From an uncultured Phycisphaerales bacterium (lineage in GTDB: Bacteria > Planctomycetota > Phycisphaerae > Tepidisphaerales > Tepidisphaeraceae): a stretch of 64,000 nucleotides of DNA. Below are positions 37,914 to 47,652 of the stretch, piece by piece; positions within the stretch are counted from its first letter, which is position 1; every line of letters begins with the position of its first letter. The notes below the pieces were generated by a model. That model was given only the letters and a program-made list of their open reading frames with translations. It was not told where the DNA came from and did no database searches. The position numbers were made by a program, and so were the translations under genes. The stretch spans positions 13,811-77,810 of the forward strand of contig CALEKX010000112.1 in assembly GCA_937904525.1 (NCBI GenBank), in the 5' to 3' direction.

Positions 37914-37947
37914 AAGAGCCGGTCCTTGACCGGCTCTTTGCGTTTAC
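37914..37947 (+). terminator. strong orphan hairpin with T-rich tail
   Basis: AAGAGCCGGTC (37914-37924) pairs perfectly with GACCGGCTCTT (37928-37938) and is followed by TGCGTTT. I could not find an upstream + strand gene. Confidence 0.4.
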
Positions 37948-38128
37948 CGCGGTCTCGCTCTCCCCTCTCGCCAAGTTTCCAAGCCGACTCTTAACCGTTC
38001 TCTGCTCGCCTCTTTGCAATGGACCCATCGTCATCGCTTCAGCCGTTTCGTTCAGGCCTCTGCCCCCTCTGATCACCCCTTCCCCCCTACGCACAATTGC
38101 GGCATACTGAGCCGTTGGAAGGAGTCCT

Positions 38129-39553
38129 ATGAAACACGTCGGCCGTCGCTGGGCTTGTGTTGCGTGCGGTCTTGTCCTCTCGTGGATCGGCGGCTGCCGT
38201 TCGTCGACCTCGCCACCGGCTGGGCCGCAGGTCCTGATCAGTGATCGCGTCTTCGCCGGAACGATCGTCTCTGGCCCGACCGACACAGCCATCGAGCTAT
38301 CCCCATCCGCCATTGCGCGCGTCCATGTGCGCTGGATTGCGCTGGAGAACGTCCCAGCCGAGGTGTTGCCGCCGATCAACACGCAATCCCGCCTGATCAT
38401 CGCCCCCGATTCGTCAACCGTCCTACCTCCCAGCGGCCGGCTGACGCGACAGGTGCGCTTCGCCTCAGGGGATCAGGCGGCTGCGTTCATCAACGCGCTT
38501 CAAACGGGTGCGCTGGGCCAGTCGGTTGAGATTGCCAGTGAGACGACGCTGCTCGTCCCCGGCACGACCGCGCAGATCGGCATGCTCCCGGCCAATGCCC
38601 CTGCCGACGCCCCGCCGATCATCTCCGTGTTCGTCTCGCCCGCATCGGCCGCCCCGGCCACAACGCCACCCAACGAAGCCACGATCGGCGTGCAGGTGGC
38701 GGCGCATCCAGCCTCCGATGACGAAGACGCGCCCCAGCCGTCCGCCGACGGCCCAGCCAGCAGGCTCCTGCTCGCCCGCGAGACCGCACTCGTCGATGCC
38801 GTCCGCTTCGCCGATGGCGCGCAGTTCGTCGCAGCCGTCCCCGTACGCGCCACAGATAGCCCCTGGCGCGCCGTCGCAGCCATCGCAACCGTCACCCACG
38901 CTCCGGCCGACGACACTGAGCTCGAAGCCCTCCGCGCCGAGCTGGCAGAGTCCGCCGCGCTCGCCCGCGCCGGTCTGGATGCCTCGCCCCTGGGCGTCGG
39001 CCCGACGCTCCGCAGCGCGCTGGCCGCTCTCGGCGCGCCGGAGTCCGTCCGGCCCGCCCTGCTGCTACTGACAAGCCTCAGCAGCGCCCGCATCGCCGGC
39101 GACATGTGCCTCGTCGCCGATGACGAAGCCCTCGCCGCGCTTGCCGGGCAGACGCTGGAGTACGTCAACCCGGACACGCCACCCACGCTGCCGGAGCTGC
39201 AGTGGTTCCTCGACAGCCGCGCGCTGCTGTTCATGTGCCAGGCTGCCCAGCAGGAAGCACTGCCGCTGGAGCTGCAAGCCGTTCTCGCCCTGCACACTGG
39301 CGAACTGGCGCGCCGTCCCGATTTCATCGCCGAACTGCTCCAGCAGGTCGGCAGTACCGACGCGCTCGTGGAGCGCTTTATCGCCGAGAATCTCATCGCA
39401 TTGGAGGACAGCGCGCCAGCCGCCCGCGTCCGCGCCTACGACTGGCTGGCTGCACGCAATCGCGCGCCAGCCGGATACGATCCGCTGGCGGATGCCCGAT
39501 CCCGCCGCGACGCCATCGATCAGGCCATGCAACAGCTTGAGAGCCAGCCATGA
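38129..39553 (+). CDS. lipoprotein, function unknown
   Basis: GGAAGGAG lies upstream of the ATG. Lipobox VLSWIGGC. Ala/Pro-rich linker. C-terminal helical domain. The stop overlaps the start of the next gene (ATGA at 39550). Confidence 0.6.
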   Translation: MKHVGRRWACVACGLVLSWIGGCRSSTSPPAGPQVLISDRVFAGTIVSGPTDTAIELSPSAIARVHVRWIALENVPAEVLPPINTQSRLIIAPDSSTVLPPSGRLTRQVRFASGDQAAAFINALQTGALGQSVEIASETTLLVPGTTAQIGMLPANAPADAPPIISVFVSPASAAPATTPPNEATIGVQVAAHPASDDEDAPQPSADGPASRLLLARETALVDAVRFADGAQFVAAVPVRATDSPWRAVAAIATVTHAPADDTELEALRAELAESAALARAGLDASPLGVGPTLRSALAALGAPESVRPALLLLTSLSSARIAGDMCLVADDEALAALAGQTLEYVNPDTPPTLPELQWFLDSRALLFMCQAAQQEALPLELQAVLALHTGELARRPDFIAELLQQVGSTDALVERFIAENLIALEDSAPAARVRAYDWLAARNRAPAGYDPLADARSRRDAIDQAMQQLESQP

Positions 39554-42500
39554 CCGACAGCACAACGCCTTCATCCGAAAAGCCGTCTGCCTCCCAGCCG
39601 GCTAAAAAACAGAAGAAACGCCGCACCTGGAAACAGCGGCTGAAGATCACCGCCATCGTCGTCATCGTCGCGGCGATCCTGATTCGCATTGCGCTCAACT
39701 TCCTGCTGCCGACGGTCGTGCGCAAGGTCGCCAATGCCTACGACCTGGACTGCACCTATGACCGCATGTCGCTGGGGCTGTTCGAGGGCAATGCGCACAT
39801 CTGGAACCTCGAGCTCCGCCCGCGCGGCGGGGGCGACTCGATCATCCGAGCCGACTACATCCAGGGCAGCATCTCGACGACCAACCTCTTCCGCGGCCGG
39901 CTGGTCGTCTATCGCGCCGAAGTCGACGGCGTCGACATGATCATCGAGCGCGAGCCGGACGGTTCGATCCCGCTGCTGGATCGCCTGCTTTCCGGGCCGG
40001 AAGATGCGCCCATCTCCGTCGAACCCGAGCCCACCCGGCAGGCCGACGGTGACACCGCCCAGCCGCCCAGCCTTCAGCCGCCGCTGCGCATCGACGCGGT
40101 GCGCCTCTTCCATGTGAACACCGTCTTCCGCGATCGCAGCGTCACGCCGACGTTCGAGACGACGATCCGCACGTCGATGCGTCTCTCCGATGTCGGGGCC
40201 GACGGTTCGCCCGCACGCTTCGAGCTCGAGATCACCTCCGATCCGCTGCTCGACACGCTGCTTGTCAGCGGTGTGATGAATGCCCGGCCGGACGCGATCG
40301 ATGCCGATCTCGAGCTGCTGATCCGCGGCCTGCACGCCAAGCCGGCTGCGCCTTACCTGCTGCCGCTGGGCATTCGCCCGATCGCCGATGACATCACCAT
40401 TCGCGGCCAGGCCAAGCTCAACGCAGCCACGATCCCCGACTCCACCGACGTCAGCGCCACGCTGACCATCAGCGACATCTCCGTCGTCGCCGATCAGGAG
40501 CAATGGGCCTCACTCAAAGCCATCACGCTCGACGCCAAGCGCATCAGCGGATCAGCCGTCGAGCTTGGCCAACTGCTGATCGAAACCGGCCGGGCGTCTG
40601 CCCGTCGCAGCGCCGAGGGTTACGTCCAGATCGCCGGGTTTGAGCTTGTGCCTGCCGCCCCGTCCAGCGGCGATCAGACGTCCTCGACTCGACCATCGAC
40701 CGACACGGCCGCCGCATCAGCCGCCTCGCCATCGCCGCTGCGTATCTCGCTCGACGAGTTGCGCATCGCCGATATGCAGGCCAGCTTCGACGACCAGGCC
40801 GTTGCACCGGCTGCCCAGCTCGTCGCACGGCTTGAGCACCTGTCAGCCAAAGACATCGTCATCGACCCTGCCAATCCTGGCGGCGCCGTCACGATCGACG
40901 GCCTGGCGACGCTTCCCGGCGTGATCGAGACGATCCGCTGGAACGGCACGGTCTCCCCCTTCGCGCAGGAACGGCGCGCTGCCATCGCCCTGCGCGCGGA
41001 AGGCATCCGTCCCGACGCCCTCGAGCCGTATCTCAAGCTCGCCGGCCTGGCGTCGGAACTCGAGAACGGCCTTTTTACCGCGCGCCTGGACGCCGTCAGC
41101 ACCACCAGCGGCGATCGGGCAACGACGACCGCGCGCATTCGCGAGATTCGATTTGCCGACGGCGATGCAACGTGGCTGGAAATGGCCACGGCTGAAGTGA
41201 GCGGCCTGTCGATCAATCCAGCCGACGGCGCGATCCATGTTCGCGCGATCGAGATTGCCGGACCGACGATCAATCTGCAGCGCGACGCCGACGGGGCGCT
41301 GCACGTCTTCGGTTTGAAGACGCTCCCGGCAGATGAAAGCCAGCCGGCGGCTCCGACACCCGCCGCCCTCGAAGCACCGGCGGCTGACACGCCAGCCAAG
41401 GCGACGCCCGCCGCGCCTGCGCCCCTGCCGCGCATACAGATCGACCGCTTCGCGTGGAATGACATCCGCCTCGGCCTGGAGGATCGCTTCGGCGTCAACG
41501 AGCCGATCGTCCTGCAGGGCCAGGCGGGCATCGAAGCCGCCAATCTCGTTTTCGATGCGTCTGCTGCCCAGCCAGCCGCGGAGCCCGGGCGGTTCTCCGC
41601 ATGGCTTGAGTTGCCCGGCGTTGCCGAGCGGCTCCAGGTCGACGGAACGCTACAGGCCACTGCCCATGGGGTCGCCGTCGCGTCCAGCTTCCAGGGTCGT
41701 GCGATCACTGGATCGACGATTGCCCCCTACCTGCGTCCTCTCGGCATCGAGTTGACCCTCACCGATGGCCAGCTCGCCGGCAGGGCCTCCGCCAACGTCG
41801 CGACAGCCGACAACACGCTGAAACTCGACCTCGATCTCTCCGACATCGTCTACACCGACGGCCAGCAGGAACTGGCCGGTGTGCGCGGCGTGAAGATCAG
41901 CGGTGTTGTCGTCACGCCGCAGGGCGTCGCGGTCAATCTCGTGCAGATCGACAACCCGCGCGCCCGCGTGGCCCGCAACGCCGACGGCACGATCGAGTCC
42001 GCCGGCGTGCGTCTGGTCCCCGTTCCGCCGACAACCCAGCCGGTTGCCGCGTCAGCTGGGCCGTCAGGCCCACCCCAGCCGCTGACGCTCGCGCCCGCGC
42101 CCATGGAGCTGGCCCTCAAGGCCCTCCGCCTCAACGACGCAGCCATTGAGATCGCTGATCGCGCCGTCGCGCCCGCGTTGCAGACCGTGGTCCGCACGAG
42201 CGCCACGCTCGATGACGTGACGCTGCGCGGCGATGCGCCGGCGCGTCTGAGCGTCACGACGGCCATCGAGGGCATCGTCGATGAGCTCAGCCTCACCGGC
42301 ACGCTCAACCTCGCGCCGCAGTCGCCCTCGGCGACGCTCGTCCTGCAGGCCAACGCCATCCACGGCGACGCCCTCGCCCCCTATCTGCCGCCCGGCACGC
42401 AGAACACGCTGCGCGATGGCCGATTCACCGTCACGCTCGACGCGGCGGCCGCCAATCACGCCGAGGGCGGCATCTCCGCCCACGTGATCGTCCGCGATCT

Positions 42501-44964
42501 GCTGCTGGAAGAGCGCGCAAACAACGCGACGCTTGCACGTGTCGGAGCGTTCACGGTTCGCGCCAGCCGGCTCGATCCGCCCGGTGGTGTGCTTGCGATC
42601 GACAGAATCTCGTCAGCCGGCGTTGAGCTGGACATCACGCGCCAGCCGGACGGCGCGATGGATGTGCTTGGCTTGCGTATTGGCGGCGAAGCGCCGCAGG
42701 CGCTCGCCCAGCCGGAACCGGCTGAGCAGGCTGCAGCCGCAGATCATTCCGCTCCGGCCGCTATCGCGGTGGCATCGGCGACAACCCAGCCATCGGCTGA
42801 CGTCGCAGCCATCGTGGCGGACGCCCGCCGGGCCCTGCCGCTGCTGACGATCGACCAGATCGACCTGGTCGTCGACAGGATCGCCATCCACGGCCTGGCG
42901 ACGCCTGAGGGCGCGCCGCTGGCGGTCTCGATGCGTCTGCACAACCCCGCCCCGTTCGAGCTCGGTGGCAACGATCCGGCCTCACGCCCGCCGCTGACGC
43001 TGCAGCTCGACGGCTCAGCCGAGCCGATCGTTCGGCAGTTCGCCGTCACCGCGACGGCCAAGCTGTTCGAGAACGAACCGTCGCTCACCATCGACGTGAA
43101 CACCTCGGGCATCAACGGCAAGGGGCTGACGGATGTCGCCCCGCCGCTGGCGGAGGTGCTTGATGGCCAGGGGTTGACCGAAGGCACCTTCACAACGCGC
43201 CTGGTCGCCGACGTGAACTATGGCCGCCGCGGCCCGCGCGATTTCGACTTGAGCCGCGGTTTCACCGCGACGTTCACCGTCCAGCCGCTGGAGTTCCGCG
43301 CCCAACCGGATGGGCCCGTGCTCGCCGGTGTCGAAGCCGTCCGGGGCGAGGGGATCAACGTCCAGCCGCAGACCGGAAAGGTCATCATCCGCTCGATCGA
43401 AGTCGTCAAACCGATCGGGCGGTTTGTCCGCGATGAGCAGGGCCTGCATGTGATGGGTCTGGTCCTGCCGCTGGGCGACAGCGCATCGGCTGGCCAGGCC
43501 GACGCGACTACCGAGCCGGCCGACGTCGTCTCGGCTGATGCTGGAGCAGCCGATCGCGCGTCTGGGTCGCAGCCGCCGACGCCGGCTGAGCGTCCGCAGG
43601 CTGAGATCCGCCTCGATCGCGTTGCCGTCAGCGGCATTGACGTAATCATCGAGGATCGGACCACCGATCCCACCACGATCGTGCCGCTCAAGACGCTCGA
43701 TCTGGAGGTGCGCGACATCAGCAACCAGATGCTCTGGACCGGCCGGCCCATGCGGTTTGACATGCTCTGCACAGCCGACCGCGTCCCCCTGCCGCCGCGC
43801 AAGGGCGTGACTTCGACTGCCCCCGCATCGGCTGACGGGCTGGAAGATCGCGAGCTGTTCTCGCAGATCGTCGCCCGCGGCCAGATTGGCATGAAGCAAC
43901 TGCCCGATGGCCGCACCATCCTCACCGGCTGGGCCAAGACCAGCGTCAGCGGCTTTGAGCTGCTGGGTGTGCGCGGCCTGGCCAAGGCGCAGCAGGTCGA
44001 GATTGGTGGCGGCGTCTTCGATCACAGCACCGATATCCGCTTCAGGGACAACGGCCTGATCGAGACGCGCAACCGCGCCGTCTTCACCAATCTCTCGCTC
44101 AGCGAACCGCCCAATGGTCCGCTTCAGCGGATCTTCCAGTTGCCCGCGCCGATTGATGTCGCCATCGGCGCGCTGACGGCTCCGGATGGATCGATCACGC
44201 TCAACCTGCCGGTAACGATCGAGAGCGGCGAGGTCGACAAGGGCAAGCTCATCGCGCCGCTCATCGGCGCCGTCGGACAGGTGCTGGGAACGGCCATCGC
44301 CTCGGCGCCAATCAAGGCCGTCGGCGGTGTCGGCGAGATGCTCAACATCGGCGGCGGGCCGAAGGCGCCGGAAGAGCCGGTCGAGCTGACGTTCCTGCCG
44401 GGTGTCGCCACGCTCGAGCCGGCGGATCTGCAGCGGCTTGCGGCGCTGGTCGAGCGTGTCCGGCGGGACAGCCGGCTTGAGCTGCAGCTTCGGCACGAGA
44501 TGAGCTCAGCCGATGTCGCGCACGCCGCCCAGCGGGCCAATCCGCCGCTGGAGGATGTGCGCGTCATGGCCGATCGCCTGCGCCGCGACAAGGCGCAGCT
44601 CCTGTCGGATCGGGCGGTGCTGGCTGCCCGGGCGCGGGCGGAGTTCGCAGCCCAGTCGGCTGAGGCGGCTGAGTCGGTCGCGACGCTCCGGGCCATCGAC
44701 CGACGGCTGGCGCAGATCGACAGGTCGTTGGAGCAGTTGGGCGAACTGCTGCGTCCCGGCGCCGAAACGCAAGCCGACCGCCGCACGCGTGCCGCCAGCC
44801 TCGCCGTGGCTGAGGAGCGGTTCCAGTTGATCGAAGCGGCCCTGGCCAGCGCCGACATCCGCGATCTCAAGGAACGCATCCACCGCACGAACGCGCAGTT
44901 CGACCCGACCGACCTCCCCTCAGGCGGTCGCGTCGTCATCACGGTCGTCCGAAGCAGGCGGTGA
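39550..44964 (+). CDS. giant (1804 aa) N-terminally anchored AsmA-like/DUF748-like protein
   Basis: KKQKKRRTWKQRLKITAIVVIVAAILIRIALNFLLP anchor. The body is hundreds of residues of repetitive beta-rich sequence typical of TamB/AsmA-clan proteins (ADYIQGSISTTNLFRGRLVVYRAEVDGVDMIIERE...). C-terminal helical tail. Confidence 0.7.
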   Translation: MTDSTTPSSEKPSASQPAKKQKKRRTWKQRLKITAIVVIVAAILIRIALNFLLPTVVRKVANAYDLDCTYDRMSLGLFEGNAHIWNLELRPRGGGDSIIRADYIQGSISTTNLFRGRLVVYRAEVDGVDMIIEREPDGSIPLLDRLLSGPEDAPISVEPEPTRQADGDTAQPPSLQPPLRIDAVRLFHVNTVFRDRSVTPTFETTIRTSMRLSDVGADGSPARFELEITSDPLLDTLLVSGVMNARPDAIDADLELLIRGLHAKPAAPYLLPLGIRPIADDITIRGQAKLNAATIPDSTDVSATLTISDISVVADQEQWASLKAITLDAKRISGSAVELGQLLIETGRASARRSAEGYVQIAGFELVPAAPSSGDQTSSTRPSTDTAAASAASPSPLRISLDELRIADMQASFDDQAVAPAAQLVARLEHLSAKDIVIDPANPGGAVTIDGLATLPGVIETIRWNGTVSPFAQERRAAIALRAEGIRPDALEPYLKLAGLASELENGLFTARLDAVSTTSGDRATTTARIREIRFADGDATWLEMATAEVSGLSINPADGAIHVRAIEIAGPTINLQRDADGALHVFGLKTLPADESQPAAPTPAALEAPAADTPAKATPAAPAPLPRIQIDRFAWNDIRLGLEDRFGVNEPIVLQGQAGIEAANLVFDASAAQPAAEPGRFSAWLELPGVAERLQVDGTLQATAHGVAVASSFQGRAITGSTIAPYLRPLGIELTLTDGQLAGRASANVATADNTLKLDLDLSDIVYTDGQQELAGVRGVKISGVVVTPQGVAVNLVQIDNPRARVARNADGTIESAGVRLVPVPPTTQPVAASAGPSGPPQPLTLAPAPMELALKALRLNDAAIEIADRAVAPALQTVVRTSATLDDVTLRGDAPARLSVTTAIEGIVDELSLTGTLNLAPQSPSATLVLQANAIHGDALAPYLPPGTQNTLRDGRFTVTLDAAAANHAEGGISAHVIVRDLLLEERANNATLARVGAFTVRASRLDPPGGVLAIDRISSAGVELDITRQPDGAMDVLGLRIGGEAPQALAQPEPAEQAAAADHSAPAAIAVASATTQPSADVAAIVADARRALPLLTIDQIDLVVDRIAIHGLATPEGAPLAVSMRLHNPAPFELGGNDPASRPPLTLQLDGSAEPIVRQFAVTATAKLFENEPSLTIDVNTSGINGKGLTDVAPPLAEVLDGQGLTEGTFTTRLVADVNYGRRGPRDFDLSRGFTATFTVQPLEFRAQPDGPVLAGVEAVRGEGINVQPQTGKVIIRSIEVVKPIGRFVRDEQGLHVMGLVLPLGDSASAGQADATTEPADVVSADAGAADRASGSQPPTPAERPQAEIRLDRVAVSGIDVIIEDRTTDPTTIVPLKTLDLEVRDISNQMLWTGRPMRFDMLCTADRVPLPPRKGVTSTAPASADGLEDRELFSQIVARGQIGMKQLPDGRTILTGWAKTSVSGFELLGVRGLAKAQQVEIGGGVFDHSTDIRFRDNGLIETRNRAVFTNLSLSEPPNGPLQRIFQLPAPIDVAIGALTAPDGSITLNLPVTIESGEVDKGKLIAPLIGAVGQVLGTAIASAPIKAVGGVGEMLNIGGGPKAPEEPVELTFLPGVATLEPADLQRLAALVERVRRDSRLELQLRHEMSSADVAHAAQRANPPLEDVRVMADRLRRDKAQLLSDRAVLAARARAEFAAQSAEAAESVATLRAIDRRLAQIDRSLEQLGELLRPGAETQADRRTRAASLAVAEERFQLIEAALASADIRDLKERIHRTNAQFDPTDLPSGGRVVITVVRSRR

Positions 44965-44992
44965 GCGGCTATAGCCAGGCAAGAACCGTTAC

Positions 44993-45069
44993 GATCCACG
45001 AATGCACACGAAGGATCGGCGCGCCGTGAGGCGCATTGCCGACTCTTGTGTCCATTCGTGGATCGCTTT
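44993..45069 (+). terminator. long imperfect hairpin with T-tract after the giant gene
   Basis: GATCCACGAATG (44993-45004) pairs perfectly with CATTCGTGGATC (45053-45064) and is followed by GCTTTTGGGG. Confidence 0.5.
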
Positions 45070-45138
45070 TGGGGCGGAGGTTCGTGGGCGGAACAGCGTT
45101 TGCAGATCTGTCGCCTCTCAACCAGACAGGAGCGACAG

Positions 45139-46236
45139 ATGACAGAACGCAATCCCCATCCGCAGGCGACCAACCCCACAGGGACAGATCCCCAGTCGGA
45201 GCGTCAGCGGCGGCCGGGCGAAGATTCGCCCAGATCGACGCCCAGCGAGCGCGGCCCAGCCGATCTGGCTGATGCCCGCGGCCACCGCGACGGCGGCAAG
45301 CCCTGGCCAGCCAAGGCCCAGCCGATCGAAGAATCGCCGTCACAGGAGTCGCCGCAGATCACCGATGAGCCCATGCCGCCGTTCCCCAAGCAGCACCTCG
45401 ATACGCCCGAGGTCGGCTTGGAATCGCAACTCGACCCCGCGCCGCGATGGCGGGCTGAGCGATACAGGCCAGCCGGCAAGCTCGAGGGGAAGGTCGCCCT
45501 CATCACCGGCGGTGACAGCGGCATCGGCCGCGCGGTCGCGTACATGTACGCCCGCGAAGGAGCCGACGTCGCCATCGTCTACACGCCCGAAGAGCAGAGC
45601 GATGCCGAGGTCACACGCGAAGCTGTCGAGTCCGTCGGCAGGCGATGCGCCATGCTGGCCGGCGACCTGACCGATGACGGCTTCTGCCGCGCCTGCGTCG
45701 ATGAGACGGTGCGTCAGCTCGGCGGGCTGGACATTCTCGTCTCCAACGCAGCCCACCAGATGCGCAAGAAGACCGTCGACGACATCGACGACGATGAGTT
45801 CGACCGGACGTTCAAGACGAACGTCTACGCGTACTACTGGCTGGTGAAGGCGGCGCTGGACCACATGAAGCCCGGGTCAGCCATCATCGCCACCAGCTCG
45901 GAAACGGGCCTGCTCGGCAACAAGGGGTTGCCCGACTACTCCGCGACCAAGGGTGCGATCAACGCCTTCACCAAGGCGCTGGCGCAGATGCTGATCGACC
46001 GCGGCATCCGCGTAAATGCCGTCGCACCGGGGCCGGTGTGGACGCCCCTCAACCCCTCCGACCAGGGCACCTCGCCGGAAAAGATCGCCAACTTCGGCGG
46101 CGACACGCCCATGAAGCGTCCCGCCCAGCCGGAGGAGCTGGCGCCGGCATACGTCTATCTGGCCAGCGATGCCGACAGCAGCTATGTAACCGGCATCGTG
46201 CTCAACATCATGGGCGGCGAAACCACAGCCGGCTAG
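45139..46236 (+). CDS. SDR-family oxidoreductase (YghA/YhxC-like) with long disordered N-terminal extension
   Basis: GKVALITGGDSGIGRAVAYMYAREGADVAIVY, NAAHQ, YSATKGA (Y-x3-K), PGPVWTPL. ATG 45139 has AGGAG 7 nt upstream. The track start 45046 lies inside the terminator hairpin. Confidence 0.85.
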   Translation: MTERNPHPQATNPTGTDPQSERQRRPGEDSPRSTPSERGPADLADARGHRDGGKPWPAKAQPIEESPSQESPQITDEPMPPFPKQHLDTPEVGLESQLDPAPRWRAERYRPAGKLEGKVALITGGDSGIGRAVAYMYAREGADVAIVYTPEEQSDAEVTREAVESVGRRCAMLAGDLTDDGFCRACVDETVRQLGGLDILVSNAAHQMRKKTVDDIDDDEFDRTFKTNVYAYYWLVKAALDHMKPGSAIIATSSETGLLGNKGLPDYSATKGAINAFTKALAQMLIDRGIRVNAVAPGPVWTPLNPSDQGTSPEKIANFGGDTPMKRPAQPEELAPAYVYLASDADSSYVTGIVLNIMGGETTAG

Positions 46237-46359
46237 CCGCCACATCCGCCTGCACTCCCGCCGGCAGGCCGGGAATCCCGCCCGTACCGGCCGGCCTGTG
46301 GAAAATCCCGGAGGCGGCGGCCTTTGCGGACAATCCTTCCCTTTTGGCTGGGCGAGGGG

Positions 46360-46418
46360 TATAATTGGCGGCGTTGAGATCGAAACCACCGCCCCACGGG
46401 AGCGGTGGTTCGTGTTTT
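46360..46418 (+). promoter_or_regulatory. TATAAT box followed about 20 nt later by an intrinsic-terminator-like hairpin in the greA leader
   Basis: TATAAT at 46360-46365. AACCACCGC (46384-46392) pairs with GCGGTGGTT (46402-46410) and is followed by CGTGTTTT. greA ATG is at 46493. Confidence 0.4.
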
Positions 46419-46492
46419 AAGAAGCGTATTCACATTAGCGAGAGTTCGCCCCCGGCATGAGGCCGGGGCTGGTCCTATCATGGAGTCGTGCC

Positions 46493-46963
46493 ATGCAGAT
46501 CGTCAGTGCTCAGGAAAAGGCTGAGCTGGAGCGCAAGCGGGAGATGCTGCGTGCCGCCAAGGTCGAAGCCCAGGAGCGCATCCGCCAGGCGGCCAGCCTC
46601 GGTGACCTTTCGGAGAACGCTGAGTACCACTTCGCCAAGGAAGAAAACCGCAACATCGAGCGGGAACTGGCGGAAATCGAAGCCAAGCTGAAGAACATCT
46701 CCGTCGTCAGCACCGACAGCGTGCCGGAGGACGTGGTGTTCCTCGGCCACACCGTGCGTCTGCTCGACCTCGATGACGACAGCGAGCAGCTTGTCCGCCT
46801 CGTCGGCGAGGCCCAGGCGCCCGACGCCAACAGCGATGTCCTGCCGGTCAGCGCCTCCAGCCCGATGGGCGAGGCCCTGCTCAAGGCGCGCGTTGGCGAG
46901 ACGATCAAAGTCAAAGCCCCGCGCGGGACGATGGAATTCAAGATCCTCGAGATCGTCCAGTAG
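46493..46963 (+). CDS. greA: transcription elongation factor GreA
   Basis: AELERKREMLRAAKVEAQERIRQAASLGDLSENAEYHFAKEE... and C-terminal SPMGEALLKARVGETIKVKAPRG. Trimmed to the ATG at 46493. Confidence 0.88.
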   Translation: MQIVSAQEKAELERKREMLRAAKVEAQERIRQAASLGDLSENAEYHFAKEENRNIERELAEIEAKLKNISVVSTDSVPEDVVFLGHTVRLLDLDDDSEQLVRLVGEAQAPDANSDVLPVSASSPMGEALLKARVGETIKVKAPRGTMEFKILEIVQ

Positions 46964-47006
46964 CCAACAAAGCCATTCGCGATCCTGCCTCCCAGGATCG
47001 CCCGAC

Positions 47007-47079
<73 letters not shown>

Positions 47080-47403
47080 TTCGTGCAATCGAGTTCTCCT
47101 CGTAGAAATCAAAGCCGAAAGCGTTACCGGTCTTAGGGCCCAGCGTCGCCAGGACGTTGTTCCTATCATCCAGAAGCGCGACCATCGGCCGGTCATCCTG
47201 CGGCGCCACGCCGCCAGGTACGCACAAACACCACCGGCGTCGATCGACTCCGCACGGACCGAGACGTCGACCTTCAGCTCGGCGATCGTGACAGCCGCAC
47301 CCGTGCCGGCACCTCCTGAGGCATACTGGCAGCCCTCCGGCGCTGGCGGGAAATCGTTGGCATTCCCATAGTTAGTGCACACGTAGACGCAGCGGCGGCT
47401 TGT

Positions 47404-47652
47404 GTGTTTCACTCGAGCACCAGCGGGGGCCTTCCAACCTACATAGTCCGCGTAGTTTCACAGTTCGGCCGTGAATGGCTGATCGGAATTGAGGTCGACG
47501 AAGCAAACCGCCGCTACCGGGCGAAGTATATTGATGTGGTGCCTTGGGAGCACTGGGACGGTAAAATCGGGGGGAAGCGGCTGATCGACGGGGATATCCC
47601 GAATCTGGCCGCGCTCTACCGGGCGAACGCTCACAGGGGGCTCGAGCCATGA
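47404..47652 (+). CDS. hypothetical small protein in the tRNA-Thr-adjacent islet
   Basis: 82-aa ORF with lower GC3 than its neighbours (ata, gta, att, tat, aaa codons). Its stop overlaps the next ORF (ATGA at 47649). No family recognised. Confidence 0.3.
   Translation: MFHSSTSGGLPTYIVRVVSQFGREWLIGIEVDEANRRYRAKYIDVVPWEHWDGKIGGKRLIDGDIPNLAALYRANAHRGLEP

Noticed and set aside
37900-38400. 166-aa minus-strand ORF overlapping the start of the lipoprotein gene
   Set aside because: It overlaps a gene that has a good ribosome-binding site and lipobox, and it spans the non-coding hairpin region. The translation is not protein-like.
45046-45138. Extended N-termini offered by the ORF track (45046 for the SDR; also 33650 pstB, 36506 pstS, 16668 smpB, 16424 pdxJ, 28154 arsC, 53581 DUF1559, 55463 SSF, 34360 pstA)
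   Set aside because: In each case an internal start codon matches the conserved family N-terminus. It usually has a Shine-Dalgarno site or an ATGA/GTGA overlap with the upstream stop. The extensions run through terminators, promoters or neighbouring genes.
47244-47257. TCGACTCCGCACGG resembling the tRNA-Thr 3' end (TCGACTCCCACAGG) as a possible att repeat
   Set aside because: The match is only about 12 of 14-15 nt, lies inside a GC3-rich coding remnant and is too short to distinguish from chance.
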